A stretch of 61,830 nt of DNA, counting the filler, from Squatina squatina (taxonomy: Eukaryota), in assembly GCA_031763465.1 (NCBI GenBank). It is 4 parts of 4 records of this genome, joined end to end, with 100 filler letters (N's around TTAATTAATTAA, not from the genome) between each part and the next. Parts side by side here need not be neighbours in the genome. Positions count along the whole stretch, not along the records: positions 14,503 to 28,330 come from JARFOE010000203.1; positions 28,431 to 46,014 come from JARFOE010000149.1; 2 more parts are not named here. One strand, given 5' to 3'. This document shows positions 23,631 to 35,426 of this stretch, one piece after another. Positions within the stretch are counted from its first letter, which is position 1. The number at the start of each line of letters is the position of its first letter. The translations under genes were made by a program, and so were the position numbers. The notes under the pieces are model-generated. The model saw only the letters and a list, made by a program, of their open reading frames with translations. It was not told where the DNA came from and searched no databases.

Positions 23631-25544
23631 GGCCAAGGCTTCAAACTCACAGGGTCCTCTTCACTTCCAGAACAGATAAAAGTCAAAAGAGAGGCCACAG
23701 GTGACTTAGAATTTAAGTGCAGTATAGATGGTTGCAGCCGTACTTACACTATCCGCTCCAGCTACCTGCGCCATGTACAAAGACAGCACAAAGCCCATTA
23801 TAAGTCTATATTACTGAGACCACGCAAAAACTTTCAGTATGACCATAAGCCTAATTTGGAAAGATGCAACCAGGGCCATCTTATTGATGGAGACACCCAT
23901 GGCTCAGCTTCTACGGTTGAACCTGATTTAAAGCTTTTTGGGCAGGAGCATCTCACTGATGAAGACAGCTGTGGCTCTGCACGATTGAGTGAGCCTAATT
24001 TGGAAAGAATTGATGCAGTGCATCTTAGTGATGAAGACAGCTCTGATTCTGAATCTGAGGTTGAGCCTGATTTTGAAAGATACGACAAGCGTCTTGGCTC
24101 ATACGGTTCAGCACTGAAGCTTGAATCTAACTTTGAAAGTCACGACAGTGGAGATCTTGAAGACAAAGCATACAGCATGACAGCAGAATTGGAGTCTGAT
24201 TTAGAAAGGGGTGTTACAGAACATCATTCTGATGACACAAATGACTCGGCACCACAGGAAGAAGATGCTGAGAGAAATGNNNNNNNNNNNNNNNNNNNNN
24301 NNNNNNNNNNNNNNNNNNNNNNNNNNNNNNNNNNNNNNNNNNNNNNNNNNNNNNNNNNNNNNNNNNNNNNNNNNNNNNNNNNNNNNNNNNNNNNNNNNNN
24401 NNNNNNNNNNNNNNNNNNNNNNNNNNNNNNNNNNNNNNNNNNNNNNNNNNNNNNNNNNNNNNNNNNNNNNNNNNNNNNNNNNNNNNNNNNNNNNNNNNNN
24501 NNNNNNNNNNNNNNNNNNNNNNNNNNNNNNNNNNNNNNNNNNNNNNNNNNNNNNNNNNNNNNNNNNNNNNNNNNNNNNNNNNNNNNNNNNNNNNNNNNNN
24601 NNNNNNNNNNNNNNNNNNNNNNNNNNNNNNNNNNNNNNNNNNNNNNNNNNNNNNNNNNNNNNNNNNNNNNNNNNNNNNNNNNNNNNNNNNNNNNNNNNNN
24701 NNNNNNNNNNNNNNNNNNNNNNNNNNNNNNNNNNNNNNNNNNNNNNNNNNNNNNNNNNNNNNNNNNNNNNNNNNNNNNNNNNNNNNNNNNNNNNNNNNNN
24801 NNNNNNNNNNNNNNNNNNNNNNNNNNNNNNNNNAGAGGTCCGAGCTTCAAAGAAAATGAGGCAAATCAGGCTTTTCTGCCTAAAAATGGAGGAGTAATTA
24901 CAAATATAGTAAAACAAAGCGGGAGCCAAAATGGTTCACTTTTCACCAAATTGAAGCAGCCTTTGAAAAGAAAAAGTGAAATGGAGGGACACTCACCGAG
25001 AACAGATTCCATGTATTCCACTTTGACACAGGGCTCATTCTTTGGCAGCAAAGATGGCCAACAGAGCCAAAATGCTCAGCAGAAACCGTTTGACTTGACC
25101 ACATATAAACCTATAGGCTTTGAAGCCTCATTTCTGAAGTTTATTCAAGAAAGTGAAGACACTGAGAATGATGATGAATTGTGGCATTGGGAACCACCTA
25201 AACGCTGCAAAAAACATGCTTCACAAAGGAGGGAGTCGGCAGGTGACACTGGATTGAAAGAATCGACAATGGAGAACTGTAAAGAGTACAGTGCAAACTG
25301 CGACAAAAATGTACATGACAGTTTCACAACAATTGAACCGCTAATTTCACCGGGGCCGTCTCCATCTTTGGAGAACTTGCGAACGATACTGGATAAGGCA
25401 CTCACAGACTGTGGAGATCTTGCCTTAAAACAGCTTCATTTTCTTCGGCCTGTAGTAGTCCTGGAAAGGTCTGAGTTTTCCACTCCCCTACTAGAACTCT
25501 TTCCAACAAAAAAGAGCGACGAACTCTGTGTGGGAAGTTCATAG
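23631..25544 (+). CDS. RLF: RLF C-terminal segment to the stop codon (gap inside)
   Basis: FKCSIDGCSRTYTIRSSYLRHVQRQH finger; FDLTTYKPIGFEASFLKFIQESE; C-terminus DKALTDCGDLALKQLHFLRPVVVLERSEFSTPLLELFPTKKSDELCVGSS is nearly the RLF C-terminus. Confidence 0.93.
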   Translation, partial: GQGFKLTGSSSLPEQIKVKREATGDLEFKCSIDGCSRTYTIRSSYLRHVQRQHKAHYKSILLRPRKNFQYDHKPNLERCNQGHLIDGDTHGSASTVEPDLKLFGQEHLTDEDSCGSARLSEPNLERIDAVHLSDEDSSDSESEVEPDFERYDKRLGSYGSALKLESNFESHDSGDLEDKAYSMTAELESDLERGVTEHHSDDTNDSAPQEEDAERNXXXXXXXXXXXXXXXXXXXXXXXXXXXXXXXXXXXXXXXXXXXXXXXXXXXXXXXXXXXXXXXXXXXXXXXXXXXXXXXXXXXXXXXXXXXXXXXXXXXXXXXXXXXXXXXXXXXXXXXXXXXXXXXXXXXXXXXXXXXXXXXXXXXXXXXXXXXXXXXXXXXXXXXXXXXXXXXXXXXXXXXXXRGPSFKENEANQAFLPKNGGVITNIVKQSGSQNGSLFTKLKQPLKRKSEMEGHSPRTDSMYSTLTQGSFFGSKDGQQSQNAQQKPFDLTTYKPIGFEASFLKFIQESEDTENDDELWHWEPPKRCKKHASQRRESAGDTGLKESTMENCKEYSANCDKNVHDSFTTIEPLISPGPSPSLENLRTILDKALTDCGDLALKQLHFLRPVVVLERSEFSTPLLELFPTKKSDELCVGSS

Positions 25545-26591
25545 AACTATTTGTATCTATCTAACAAACTGAAGTCACTATACTGTAACCTATAGAGAGT
25601 GATGAAAGCCGAGCTGCAGAGAATAAAAAGCGGAGACACCTGGGGCTTCCATTTGGGAAGCAAAACCTTGGTTTGTTCTGGTTTTGTGCATGATTGTGTG
25701 TGTGTATACGGAACAAGTATTAGGGTACTTATCGGGGATTAGTAGTTTTCACTAAAAGAACTTGAATGTGCACGTACTGGTGCTCTTCTGTAAGATATTG
25801 TACACTACATCTCCTTTATGTATGGGTTTTGAGATAGTACACAGTCAATTAAATGGCAATTTTTCACAAACATTGTACTGATGGATTTGTAAATTGAATT
25901 GTATTGATGCTTTTGAAAAAACCCACATTGGTCGCCTAATTGATTCATGGGGATCGACATAGTCTTGACAGTTAAGTTATCAATAAAGAAAAGATATTTC
26001 TTTTTCTGCAACAGAGCTTTGGTTAACCCAATTTTAAATTAAACCTGTAGTTTTCTCTGAAATATTCTTGCAATCATGTAGGAAGTAATCTCTAAATTGG
26101 AACAAATACTGTAGCTGATTTTATTCTTGAAGGTTTCCACTTTCACTTTTACATGACTTTCTNNNNNNNNNNNNNNNNNNNNNNNNNNNNNNNNNNNNNN
26201 NNNNNNNNNNNNNNNNNNNNNNNNNNNNNNNNNNNNNNNNNNNNNNNNNNNNNNNNNNNNNNGGCGCCATTGGATATTAAATCATCAAGACATCTTCAAT
26301 TAAGCTGCACCATTCAGCAAATCAGTATTCAAATAAGCTGTAATTGAATACATAATAAGCGAACATCACAAAGACTGGTTTACCTCACAATCCATCTATT
26401 TTGTCTATTGTGTGGTGCACGATGTTTGGGTCAGTGTGCGCTGGTGTTTCTGTGGCACCGTTTGTCAAATTAATGCTTCACTTTCTTCGTCATAAATGGC
26501 TAGATTAGCCTCCGATTCCTTAACTTCCAAGTGTACTTCTAATCCTAATCGGTGCAAGGCCACTGATTCCTCAACCTGGTCACGAATTCGC

Positions 26592-26792
26592 ATGGAAAAT
26601 ATCCCAAATGATTTCACGAGCACCATCTGCAACACTTCTCCACCGTCCTCTGATACATACATGGCAAACAAACCGTACTCTGAGTTTGTTAACAATTTCC
26701 CAGGAACGGCCTTGCTGTTTGCCTGCCTGATGATCCTGTTCTACATCGTCCTCTTTATTCTCAAGAGAAACAGTATTCACTCTGTATTCAAG
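26592..26792 (+). CDS. Probable TMCO2 exon 1 (single-pass membrane protein)
   Basis: ATG in a good context; S/T-rich N-terminus; hydrophobic helix ALLFACLMILFYIVLFIL; KRNSIHSVFK then AAG|GTGAGT donor. Lies between RLF and ZMPSTE24. Confidence 0.6.
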
Positions 26793-27756
26793 GTGAGTTA
26801 TCAAAAGCATATTTCTCAGTGCTGTGCTTGGCCATTCAGACCACAAGGTCTGATTCCCACTCCATGCTGAGGTTGCTGGTCTCAGCCACCAGTTGGGGTA
26901 CTCCNNNNNNNNNNNNNNNNNNNNNNNNNNNNNNNNNNNNNNNNNNNNNNNNNNNNNNNNNNNNNNNNNNNNNNNNNNNNNNNNNNNNNNNNNNNNNNNN
27001 NNNNGTTCATGTTACAGGCTCGGCGAGGAGTGTTCTGAGCACAGACACTGCAAGCCATTATGCGAGAGCTCTTTCTTCAACATTACACACAGGGGGCATG
27101 GAATCTATCCAAACCTGTCAGCTTGAGGGATAAGGTGCCTTCTTCCCAGCTGTCGCTCCCCCTCCTAATGTCACAGGTCATCCCTAGGACGTGGCTGTTC
27201 CCATTCTCCGCTCAATAATTTTATAGATTATCTCACACACAAAGTTGAAAATGCAAATAAGAGCTTTACTGCAGCCATCTGTAGTTTTGTTGCACATTAT
27301 CATCTTAAACTAGATTTGCAGGTACAAAATGTTTGTTTTACAAGATAATGCTATGCACATAATTACTGCTGTGTAACAAAGATGCACAGCTTGTTCAAAC
27401 CCTAGGGCTGGAATGTTGCTATCTCAGTACCAAGGGCTGACTGAACACGTCATTCATCCTCAGCCAGAATGGCAATCGGGAGCAGAATCATTCATCGCCA
27501 GTGCCGAAGAGTTGTTCTCATATCTTCCCTCATAGAACAGTGTGANNNNNNNNNNNNNNNNNNNNNNNNNNNNNNNNNNNNNNNNNNNNNNNNNNNNNNN
27601 NNNNNNNNNNNNNNNNNNNNNNNNNNNNNNNNNNNNNNNNNNNNNCCTGAGAACATAGTGACTATAAATGCTATTGAAACCAGTGTAGCGTTTGATAGCG
27701 TGGATGTGAAGCGCTTGATGTGCTTCTAACTTCTTCTCTCCATCCTTCCTTTTTAG

Positions 27757-27898
27757 GTGTTGGTGACTATCTATGCTGATTATATCGCGCCACTGTTTGA
27801 TAAATTCACTCCACTTCCTGATGGGGAGTTGAGGAAGAATATTGAGGAAATGGCCAAGAGCATCAGTTTTCCCCTAACCAAGGTTTATGTAGTAGAGG
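27757..27898 (+). CDS. ZMPSTE24: ZMPSTE24 (CAAX prenyl protease 1) internal exon
   Basis: [48 protein letters not shown]; canonical splice sites; 142 nt. Confidence 0.96.
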
Positions 27899-28130
27899 GT
27901 AAGGCACAAAGCTATATGAGCTATTGCACCAGTTCTGTAGCATTTTGATAGATGAAACTTGAAGGCATAATTGCTTCACGTGCACTGAAAGTAGCCTGTT
28001 CAAAGAGAATATGTTGTCGCTTGGTGAAGCTCTTGTTCACTGAAACGTAACAACAATGCTGAGCTCGACTCCAGTGTAAGCAAATAAATAAAGCTGGAGA
28101 TGCTTTTGTAACCAATGAACCTTTACAAAT

Positions 28131-28330
28131 CAAAATACTGCAAGTGCTGTAAAGTGAAATAAAAACAAAAAATGCTGGAAGTACTCAGCCGGTCAGGCAG
28201 CATCTGTGCAGAGAGAAACATTTCAGGTCAATGACCTTTTGTCAGTTTCTCGTGAAAGGTCATAGTCATTGACCTAAAATGTTAACTCTGTTTCTCTCCA
28301 CAGAAGCTGCCTGACCTCCTGAGTATTAAC
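28131..28330. mobile_element. Two inverted Penelope-like element terminal-repeat fragments
   Basis: A minus copy followed by a plus copy of the tail also seen after the GIY-YIG fragment at ~49920-50055. Confidence 0.7.
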
Positions 28331-28430
28331 NNNNNNNNNNNNNNNNNNNNNNNNNNNNNNNNNNNNNNNNNNNNTTAATTAATTAANNNNNNNNNNNNNN
28401 NNNNNNNNNNNNNNNNNNNNNNNNNNNNNN
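28331..28430. other. Artificial scaffold linker
   Basis: N44-TTAATTAATTAA-N44. Confidence 0.97.
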
Positions 28431-28886
28431 ACCTGGTACTGCTCCTGGCATGCTTTTCTGCACCCCTCACTGAACCAGGGTTAGCCCCCTGGCTTGATGT
28501 TAATGGTAGAGTGAGGAATATGCTGAGCTATGAGGTTACAGATTGCAGTGGAATACAAATCTGCTGCTGCTGATGGCCTTCAGTGCCTCATGGATGCCCA
28601 GTTTTGAGCTGCTAGGTCTGCTCTGAATCTATCCCATTTAGCATGGTGGTCATGCTACATAACACGATGGAACTCCAGCAGCTTTATTAACTTTTTTCAA
28701 GGTTCTAAGGTAACAGGGAGTGTTGTTGAAAGTTGAGAATGCCTTGATTCTTAGTTAAAGGCTTCTGCCCAAAACACTTGCTCACAGTCATGCTCGAGTA
28801 TCAGGGAGAGGGAGTAGAGGCAGCAAAGATGAGAAGATGCATGCAGAGGGAGGAGGGGGGCTCGGAGGGCTCTCAATAGCGACTTC

Positions 28887-29125
28887 ACAGAGAGCAATTC
28901 TCTTATATCCACTTAAGCAAGGAACAGTGTATTAGGAGTCTACGCTTCACCAAGGAGGTGGTTACAAAACTCTGGCACCTCCTGGTGACCAATGGCTCTC
29001 CCAGTGGCAGTCAAGGTCACCAATGGTCCTCAATTTCTTCGCCAACGGATCCTTCCAGCCTGCAGCAGGAGACATAGCTAACCTCTCCCAGTTTGCCGTC
29101 CATCACTGCAACTGAGCGGTCACAA
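28887..29125 (+). mobile_element. Harbinger/PIF transposase (HARBI1-like) relic
   Basis: REQFSYIHLSKEQCIRSLRFTKEVV…ALPVAVKVT…LNFFANGSFQPAAGDIANLSQFAVHHC, with frameshifts and a stop. Confidence 0.85.
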
Positions 29126-29241
29126 AGTCTCTCTACACCAGNNNNNNNNNNNNNNNNNNNNNNNNNNNNNNNNNNNNNNNNNNNNNNNNNNNNNNNNNNN
29201 NNNNNNNNNNNNNNNNNNNNNNNNNNNNNNNNNNNNNNNNN

Positions 29242-29880
29242 CCTGAACACACATCTGTTCCAGCACCAAGCCCACCTACTTCCACCTCCACAATTCTGCC
29301 CCTACCTCATTATCTGGTGAAACTGTCATCCATGCCTTGCTATCTCTAGACTTGACTATTCCAATGCTCTCATGGCTGACCTATCTTCCACTCGACATAA
29401 ACAAGTTCATCCGAAACTCTGTTGCCCGTATCCTATCTCACACTAAGTCCTGTTCACCCATCACCCTTGTGCTTGCTGAGTTACATTGGCGCCTGTGGCG
29501 GCATTGCCTCAATTTTAAAATCCTTGTTCTAGTTTGCAAATCCTTCCATGGCCCTATCTCTAGCCCCCTCCCCACCTGCCTCCAGACCTGCATGCCTGAG
29601 ATCTCTGCACTTCCCTTGTGCATCCCTGATTTAAATCGCTCCACCATTTGATAGTTGTGCCTTCAGCTGCCTAGGCCCCAAGCTCTGGAATTCTCTCCTC
29701 CCTAAACCCCTCCACCTCTTTTTTTTTAAGGCACTCCTTAAAACCTACCTTTGTCTAAGCTTTTGGTCATCTGTCCTAATCTCCTGATGTGGCTCAGTGT
29801 GGAACTTTTTTTGATCACTCCTGTGAACTGCCTTGGGACATTTTACTATGTTAAAGGTGCTATATAAATACAAGTTGTTG
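29242..29880 (+). mobile_element. L2 LINE 3' end
   Basis: LDYSNAL…NSVARILSHTK…ITLVLAELHW…FKILVLVCKSFHG motifs and an L2-type tail (aaaggtgctatataaatacaagttgttg). Confidence 0.85.
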
Positions 29881-30236
29881 CTATACGCTGTACATTGTTA
29901 TAAATCTATAACACGGAGCCAGTATCTGCTCTTGTGTCTACAAGGGCAAGATCGAGTGATGTTGTCTTCCTCTGGCAGAATAACTAACTACAGGCCTAAG
30001 CTCCTTAGTCATGGTGTTTGATTTGTATCTCGGTTGTCACTTGTTGCAAATTTAGCTGAAAATTTCCCACTTTTAGTCCTTGAAATATTAACTTACAAAA
30101 AAACTTGATTATTGATAATGCAAGCAAAAGTGACAAAGCATTTCATATCCCCAAAGCTTCTAATAATGTTTTGTCATGGAGTGGAAGGGTGGAAAGAATT
30201 GTATCAAATATCCAGAACTCCGCAGGGTTATTAAGT

Positions 30237-30440
30237 GAAATACTGCAGATGCTGGAATCTAGAATACAAACAAAAGAAGCTGGAAAAACTCGGGTCAGGC
30301 AGCATCTGTGGAGAGAAAAACCGATTCAACGTTTTGGGTCAATGACCCTGTGTCAGAACTGGGGGCGAAAAAGCCAGAAATACAGCAAGTTTTAAAGTAC
30401 TGACAGGCAAAGGGGTGGGAGGGGAAAGGGAAGGACAAAG
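30237..30440 (-). mobile_element. Penelope-like element terminal-repeat fragment
   Basis: aaatactgcagatgctggaatc…ggtcaggcagcatctgtggagagaaa; same family as ~49920-50055. Confidence 0.7.
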
Positions 30441-32422
30441 GGTTGTTGTTGTTACTCTGTCTCTCAAGTCTCAAACCTAGACTTTCTCCACCCACATGCC
30501 ATCTTAGTTTAAATCCATCCCCCATTGCTCGATTCCCCCTCTCCAAGTGACAATCTGCTTCAAAAATGTGCATGTATAGTGATCATGCCTGTGTGTGCAT
30601 ACGTATTCTGTGCATTCATGTGCACTGAAAGTCCATTTATTGTTTAATCCCCTTTAGCTCAATCTACTATTAAAGCTTGAACAAAATCCATTGTTAAGGT
30701 TAAAACAAATCCAAATGAGGATCCGGTGGGGGAGGATTGAGTATACTATCGTGGTACTGTCTTGTCACTGAGCAGGTGTTGAGGGGGAAGAGAGAGGCAA
30801 TACAAAGTTTTTAACAGGATATTAACCCTTTCATTCCCCTTTTTTCCCTTCTTGTGCATGTTTTCTCTTTTGACAATTAGGTTAGGGTTTTTTTTCTCCT
30901 TTTCTTATTTGCTGGTTTATTTCTCTCCATTGTTCAGATTTGTATTTGTTGCACTGGAGGGTTGATGTAAAGTAGTTGGCAGGAGAGTAGATTTCAAAAC
31001 TCGAGTTTTCAACCTGAACCTGGAGAATTAATGGGTGTGGCAATACCTCTCAAACACATTTATCCTACTCTTTATAATAAGTGGGTGTGGTGCTTGAAGC
31101 TTCAAACACATACTACAGAGATACTGCACCATTTCTCCTTTTCTCACAATTCATATTAGGTTATAAGTTTCACGTCTGTTGACCATCCTGTCCAAGGACC
31201 CATTCTTTATGTGTAAGCTGACATTGAGTGCCAGCTATTCAGTGGTGTGAGGCATTACATCCATGCTTGTCCACAGACACACACGTGCAACTGGGGTTAT
31301 TAAATAGTTGTCAAGCTTGGGAACACTGATTCTTTTTCATTCTTCTCTAACCCAGGCAGTGAGTTCAATTGTAACGTCACCACCTCCATCACCCCAGTTA
31401 AAGTTGTAGCTCAGAATAGACGATGGTGTAACCTTGATACTTTCTTGGTCTATATGGTTTAGTTGTGCACTGGACAAGTATGATATATTTGTGTTTAAAT
31501 TTTACATTTAGATTCAATCAGTATCCCTGTAACAAAAACGATATTGAATAAAACAGGAGTGGCTCGCAAAAGAGTTAACCTTGTTTTATTCCAGAGGGGG
31601 TTCTACCAGGACAAGTGATATTGTTTTTGCATCGTAGGCTTTACTGCTTCTATCTGAATTATAGTTCATGTTGAAATGAAAATGGAAACTGGAAAACTGC
31701 ACTGGAAAAAAAAATCTTGTTTTAGTAAATTTGGTGTCTGCTGTGAGACGTATGTCTCCTAGCTGATATGGTGGGGCTTGAATGAAATTCAGAGCAGGTT
31801 GTTTCTGACTGTGCCGGAAAGCTTCCCTGTGAGGTGGAAGTGTAGCTTTCATCACAACATCAAAATCACAACAACAGCATTTCTTGGCATTGTTTCTAGG
31901 GGGCAGGTAGCAGGAAATACCCTGGGGTTTCCGCTCCCATTCATTATCATTGACTCCTATTGTAAAGAATGGATATAAAGCGAGGTCAGGATAGGGNNNN
32001 NNNNNNNNNNNNNNNNNNNNNNNNNNNNNNNNNNNNNNNNNNNNNNNNNNNNNNNNNNNNNNNNNNNNNNNNNNNNNNNNNNNNNNNNNNNNNNNNAAAT
32101 CCTTATGAGGGTACAAAGGACTCATGCATACCAGCACAGATGCTCACACTTCTGCGGGACCACTTAGATAGATAGTTGATTCCTGGTGATTCACAGTTCA
32201 CAAGTGAGCAAGACCAGTTGGTGGCAGGGTCAGCAGTGGAGAGTTGGTTTCAGCAGGCGCAGCCTTCTCCAAGCTCTGCTCAGGTGGCCATAAGAAGAAT
32301 TAGGAGCAGGACAAGCGGCCTTTCGAGCCTGCTCCATCATTCAATAAGATCATGGCTGATCTTCGAAATCAACTCCACTTTCCTGCCCTATCCCCATATC
32401 CCTTAATTCCTCTGGAGTCCAA

Positions 32423-33109
32423 GGGGCCGAAATTAACTGTCGCTGCGCTTAAAACGCATACGGGGCAGGAGCCGGCATTTTGCTCACCGACGCCTGCCTC
32501 GTCCTGGCCCTCCTGGTATTCTCTGCTCCGGGGCAACCTGAGGGACGCAGCACGCTCCCAGACGCTCCTGGGGTGGCCAGGGTCGGACACCAGTGGCGTG
32601 GCTTCAGCGCCATGCCACCGGCCTCCAAAATGCTACGTAAGCGCGCTGCGCACTGACGTCAGCAGGACAGCCGGGCCTCTTTTCAAGGGGAGGGCCACCG
32701 GTCATTCTAAATGTGCTACCCTGGGCCCGCCATTTATCGGCCAATTTATTTTAAAAATGGCGACCGGACGCATAGATGCCCTCGTCTTTAAGGGCCCCGT
32801 TGCAGCAGCAGGTTTTCCTGTTGCTGCATTCGCCCCACGCTGCAGCTGCCTCCCACGGGCGAATTTCCGCGCGGGACACAAACGGAGTGGTGAGGGCATT
32901 GTGGCTGCACGGTACAGGTCGGTGGGTGTCTTGATGACATCATGCGCCGACCTGTCACGAATTCTACTGGGCAGGTGCAAAGGCCTTTGCGCCCCAGCTG
33001 AATTTCAGGCGAGCCGAAATGGCTGCCTCCCAACGCCATTTTTTTTAAACATCCCATTAGCACCCCTCAGAGGCACTAATGGGACATTAAAAATGGCCAA
33101 TTTCAGACC
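32423..33109. mobile_element. GC/CpG-rich non-autonomous DNA element (Harbinger-like MITE)
   Basis: Imperfect terminal inverted repeats ggggccgaaatt…aatttcagacc, lying between a CR1 tail and an L2 fragment. Confidence 0.5.
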
Positions 33110-33610
33110 TGGGGTGTTGCTTAACTGGGAGCCAATGTAGGTCAGCAAGCACAGGTGAGATGGATGAGCAGGACTTGGTGCGAGTTAGCACATGGGTGGC
33201 AGAGTTTTGGATGATCTCAAGTTTATGAAGTGTAGAACTAGGGAGGCCGGCCAGGAGTGCTGTAGGTCAATCTGTGCAGGTGGAATCTGCTTTGGCTGCG
33301 CCTAATGCAAATCNNNNNNNNNNNNNNNNNNNNNNNNNNNNNNNNNNNNNNNNNNNNNNNNNNNNNNNNNNNNNNNNNNNNNNNNNNNNNNNNNNNNNNN
33401 NNNNNNNNNNNNNAGGATGAGGGTTTCAGCAGCAGATGAGCTGAGGTAAGTGTGGAGTCGAGCAATGATAGGAGGTGCAAGTAGGTGGTCTTGGTGTCAG
33501 GAACAAATACAACATGAAGGTTGCAAACAGTCTGATTCAGCCTCAGACAGTTGCAAGGGAGTTGGATGGAGTTGGTGGCTAGGGTACGGAGCTTGTGGCA
33601 GTGACCTAAG
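33110..33610 (-). mobile_element. L2 LINE fragment
   Basis: LRLNQTVCNL.VVF and other motifs shared with the L2 at 57990-59480. Confidence 0.65.
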
Positions 33611-34868
33611 ACAATGGGGGCAAAATTGCCCCTTTTTTGCACCCCGTTTGCACCTCCGAGGAGCCAGACTGCCATCGTGCAGCCCCGGCACTGTGCTGCT
33701 CGCCCAGTCTCACGCGTCTCTGGCGGCCCAGTCGTGGCCACCAAAGGGCCATGCAAAAAGTGTAGCGGCCCTTCCCTTTAATGGAAGGGGAGGGGCATTG
33801 TAGCGCGTCAGCACTATGCGTAGCGCTGGCCAGCTCCCCGTGGCACTGGGGACAGCGTTCCGCATCCTTTGAGGGTCGTATGGTCCAATTCCACGTCAGG
33901 GGCGGGACGTCCGGGCCGAGCGATAACAGTCCCGGCCCCGNNNNNNNNNNNNNNNNNNNNNNNNNNNNNNNNNNNNNNNNNNNNNNNNNNNNNNNNNNNN
34001 NNNNNNNNNNNNNNNNNNNNNNNNNNNNNNNNNNNNNNNNCAAAATCATGAGTGGTCTGGACAGAGTAGATAGAGAGAAACTGTTGCCATTGGCAGAAGG
34101 TTCGAGAACCAGAGGAGACAGATTGGCAAAAGAACCAAAGACGTCGAAAGAGAAAACTTTTTACGCAGCGAGTGGCTAAGGAATGCACTGCCTGAAAATG
34201 TGGTGGAGGCAGACTGATTCTTATCTTCCAAAAGGGAATTGGATTAGTATCTGAAGGAAAGAAATTTGCAGGGCTACGGGGGAAAGGGCGGGGAAATGTG
34301 ATGAGCTGAGACCCAGCACGGGCTTGATGGGCCAAATGGACTTATTCTGTGCGATAACCATTCATGATTCTATGATTCTAATATCTGAATGCAAACAGGG
34401 GAATCTAGATAAATATATGAGAGAGAAAGGAATAGAAGGATATGCAGATAGTGTCAGATGAAGTAGAGTTGGAGGAGGTTCGAGCAGAGTATAAAAACCA
34501 GCATAGACCTGTTGGGTCGAATAGCTGCTTCTGTGCTGTATCTTCTATATAATTCTATGAAAGCACTCTCATTAATATCACCACTATCTATCCTATCTCT
34601 CAGAATCAACTCTTAGCCCCACACAATGAGAAAAAAGAAAGAGCAGAGGTCACACAGCAGAATGATAGAGCACACAGGATTGCACCATCAGATCCCCCAA
34701 CCAAAGGCACATCTCGTGAAAAAGAATGGCGTCCGCCTCACTTGCATCGCCTCTGGTGTGGTACTTGGNNNNNNNNNNNNNNNNNNNNNNNNNNNNNNNN
34801 NNNNNNNNNNNNNNNNNNNNNNNNNNNNNNNNNNNNNNNNNNNNNNNNNNNNNNNNNNNNNNNNNNNN

Positions 34869-35180
34869 CTCTGGTTCTTTTGCCAATTACCTTAAATCTG
34901 TGCCCTCTCATTATCAACCCTTCAGCCATTGGAAACAGTTTCTCGTTATTTACTCTATTGAAACCCTTCATGATTTTAAACACCTCTATCAAATCTGCTC
35001 TTGGCCTTCTCTGCTCTAAGGAGAACAACCCCAGCTTTCCCGGTCTATCCATGTAACGATAATCCCGCAGCCCTGGAGCCATTCTAGTAAACCTCTTCTG
35101 TACCCTCTCCAAAGCCTTCCCGTCCTTCCTAAAGTGGAGTGCCCGGAACTGAACACAATACTCCAGCTGGGGCTGAACCA
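34869..35180 (-). mobile_element. CR1 LINE RT C-terminal fragment
   Basis: LEYCVQF…LERVQKRFTRM…LGLFSLEQRR.RADLIEVFKIMKG…RGHRFK. Confidence 0.9.
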
Positions 35181-35220
35181 AATTGGATTAACCAATCCTT
35201 CATCCCATTTCCTGCATAAA

Positions 35221-35426
35221 TAGGGTGACCAGATGTCCCGGTTTTGCCAGGTCAGTCCCGGTTTTTGAGGAAACGTCCCGGTGTCCTGACACTTACCTCA
35301 AAATTGCTCAAATGTCCCGTTTTTTTGTGTCCACTCGACTGCGCATGCGCAGACCCAGCAGGGACCTGAATGCACATGCGCAGACTGATTGTCCCAGTTT
35401 GCCTCTGTTCCGATCATGTCACCCTA
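35221..35426. mobile_element. hAT-Blackjack-type MITE
   Basis: Termini TAGGGTGACC…GTCACCCTA; 8-bp target-site duplication tgcataaa/tggataaa (7/8 match). A second, gap-truncated copy starts at 44803. Confidence 0.8.

Noticed and set aside
19334-25544. ZNF292 instead of RLF
   Set aside because: The KRHC motif, the C-terminal ELCVGSS and the ZMPSTE24 neighbour all indicate RLF.
32352-33140. 262-aa ORF as a novel gene
   Set aside because: It spans a CR1 tail and a GC-rich MITE and has no recognisable motifs or splice signals.
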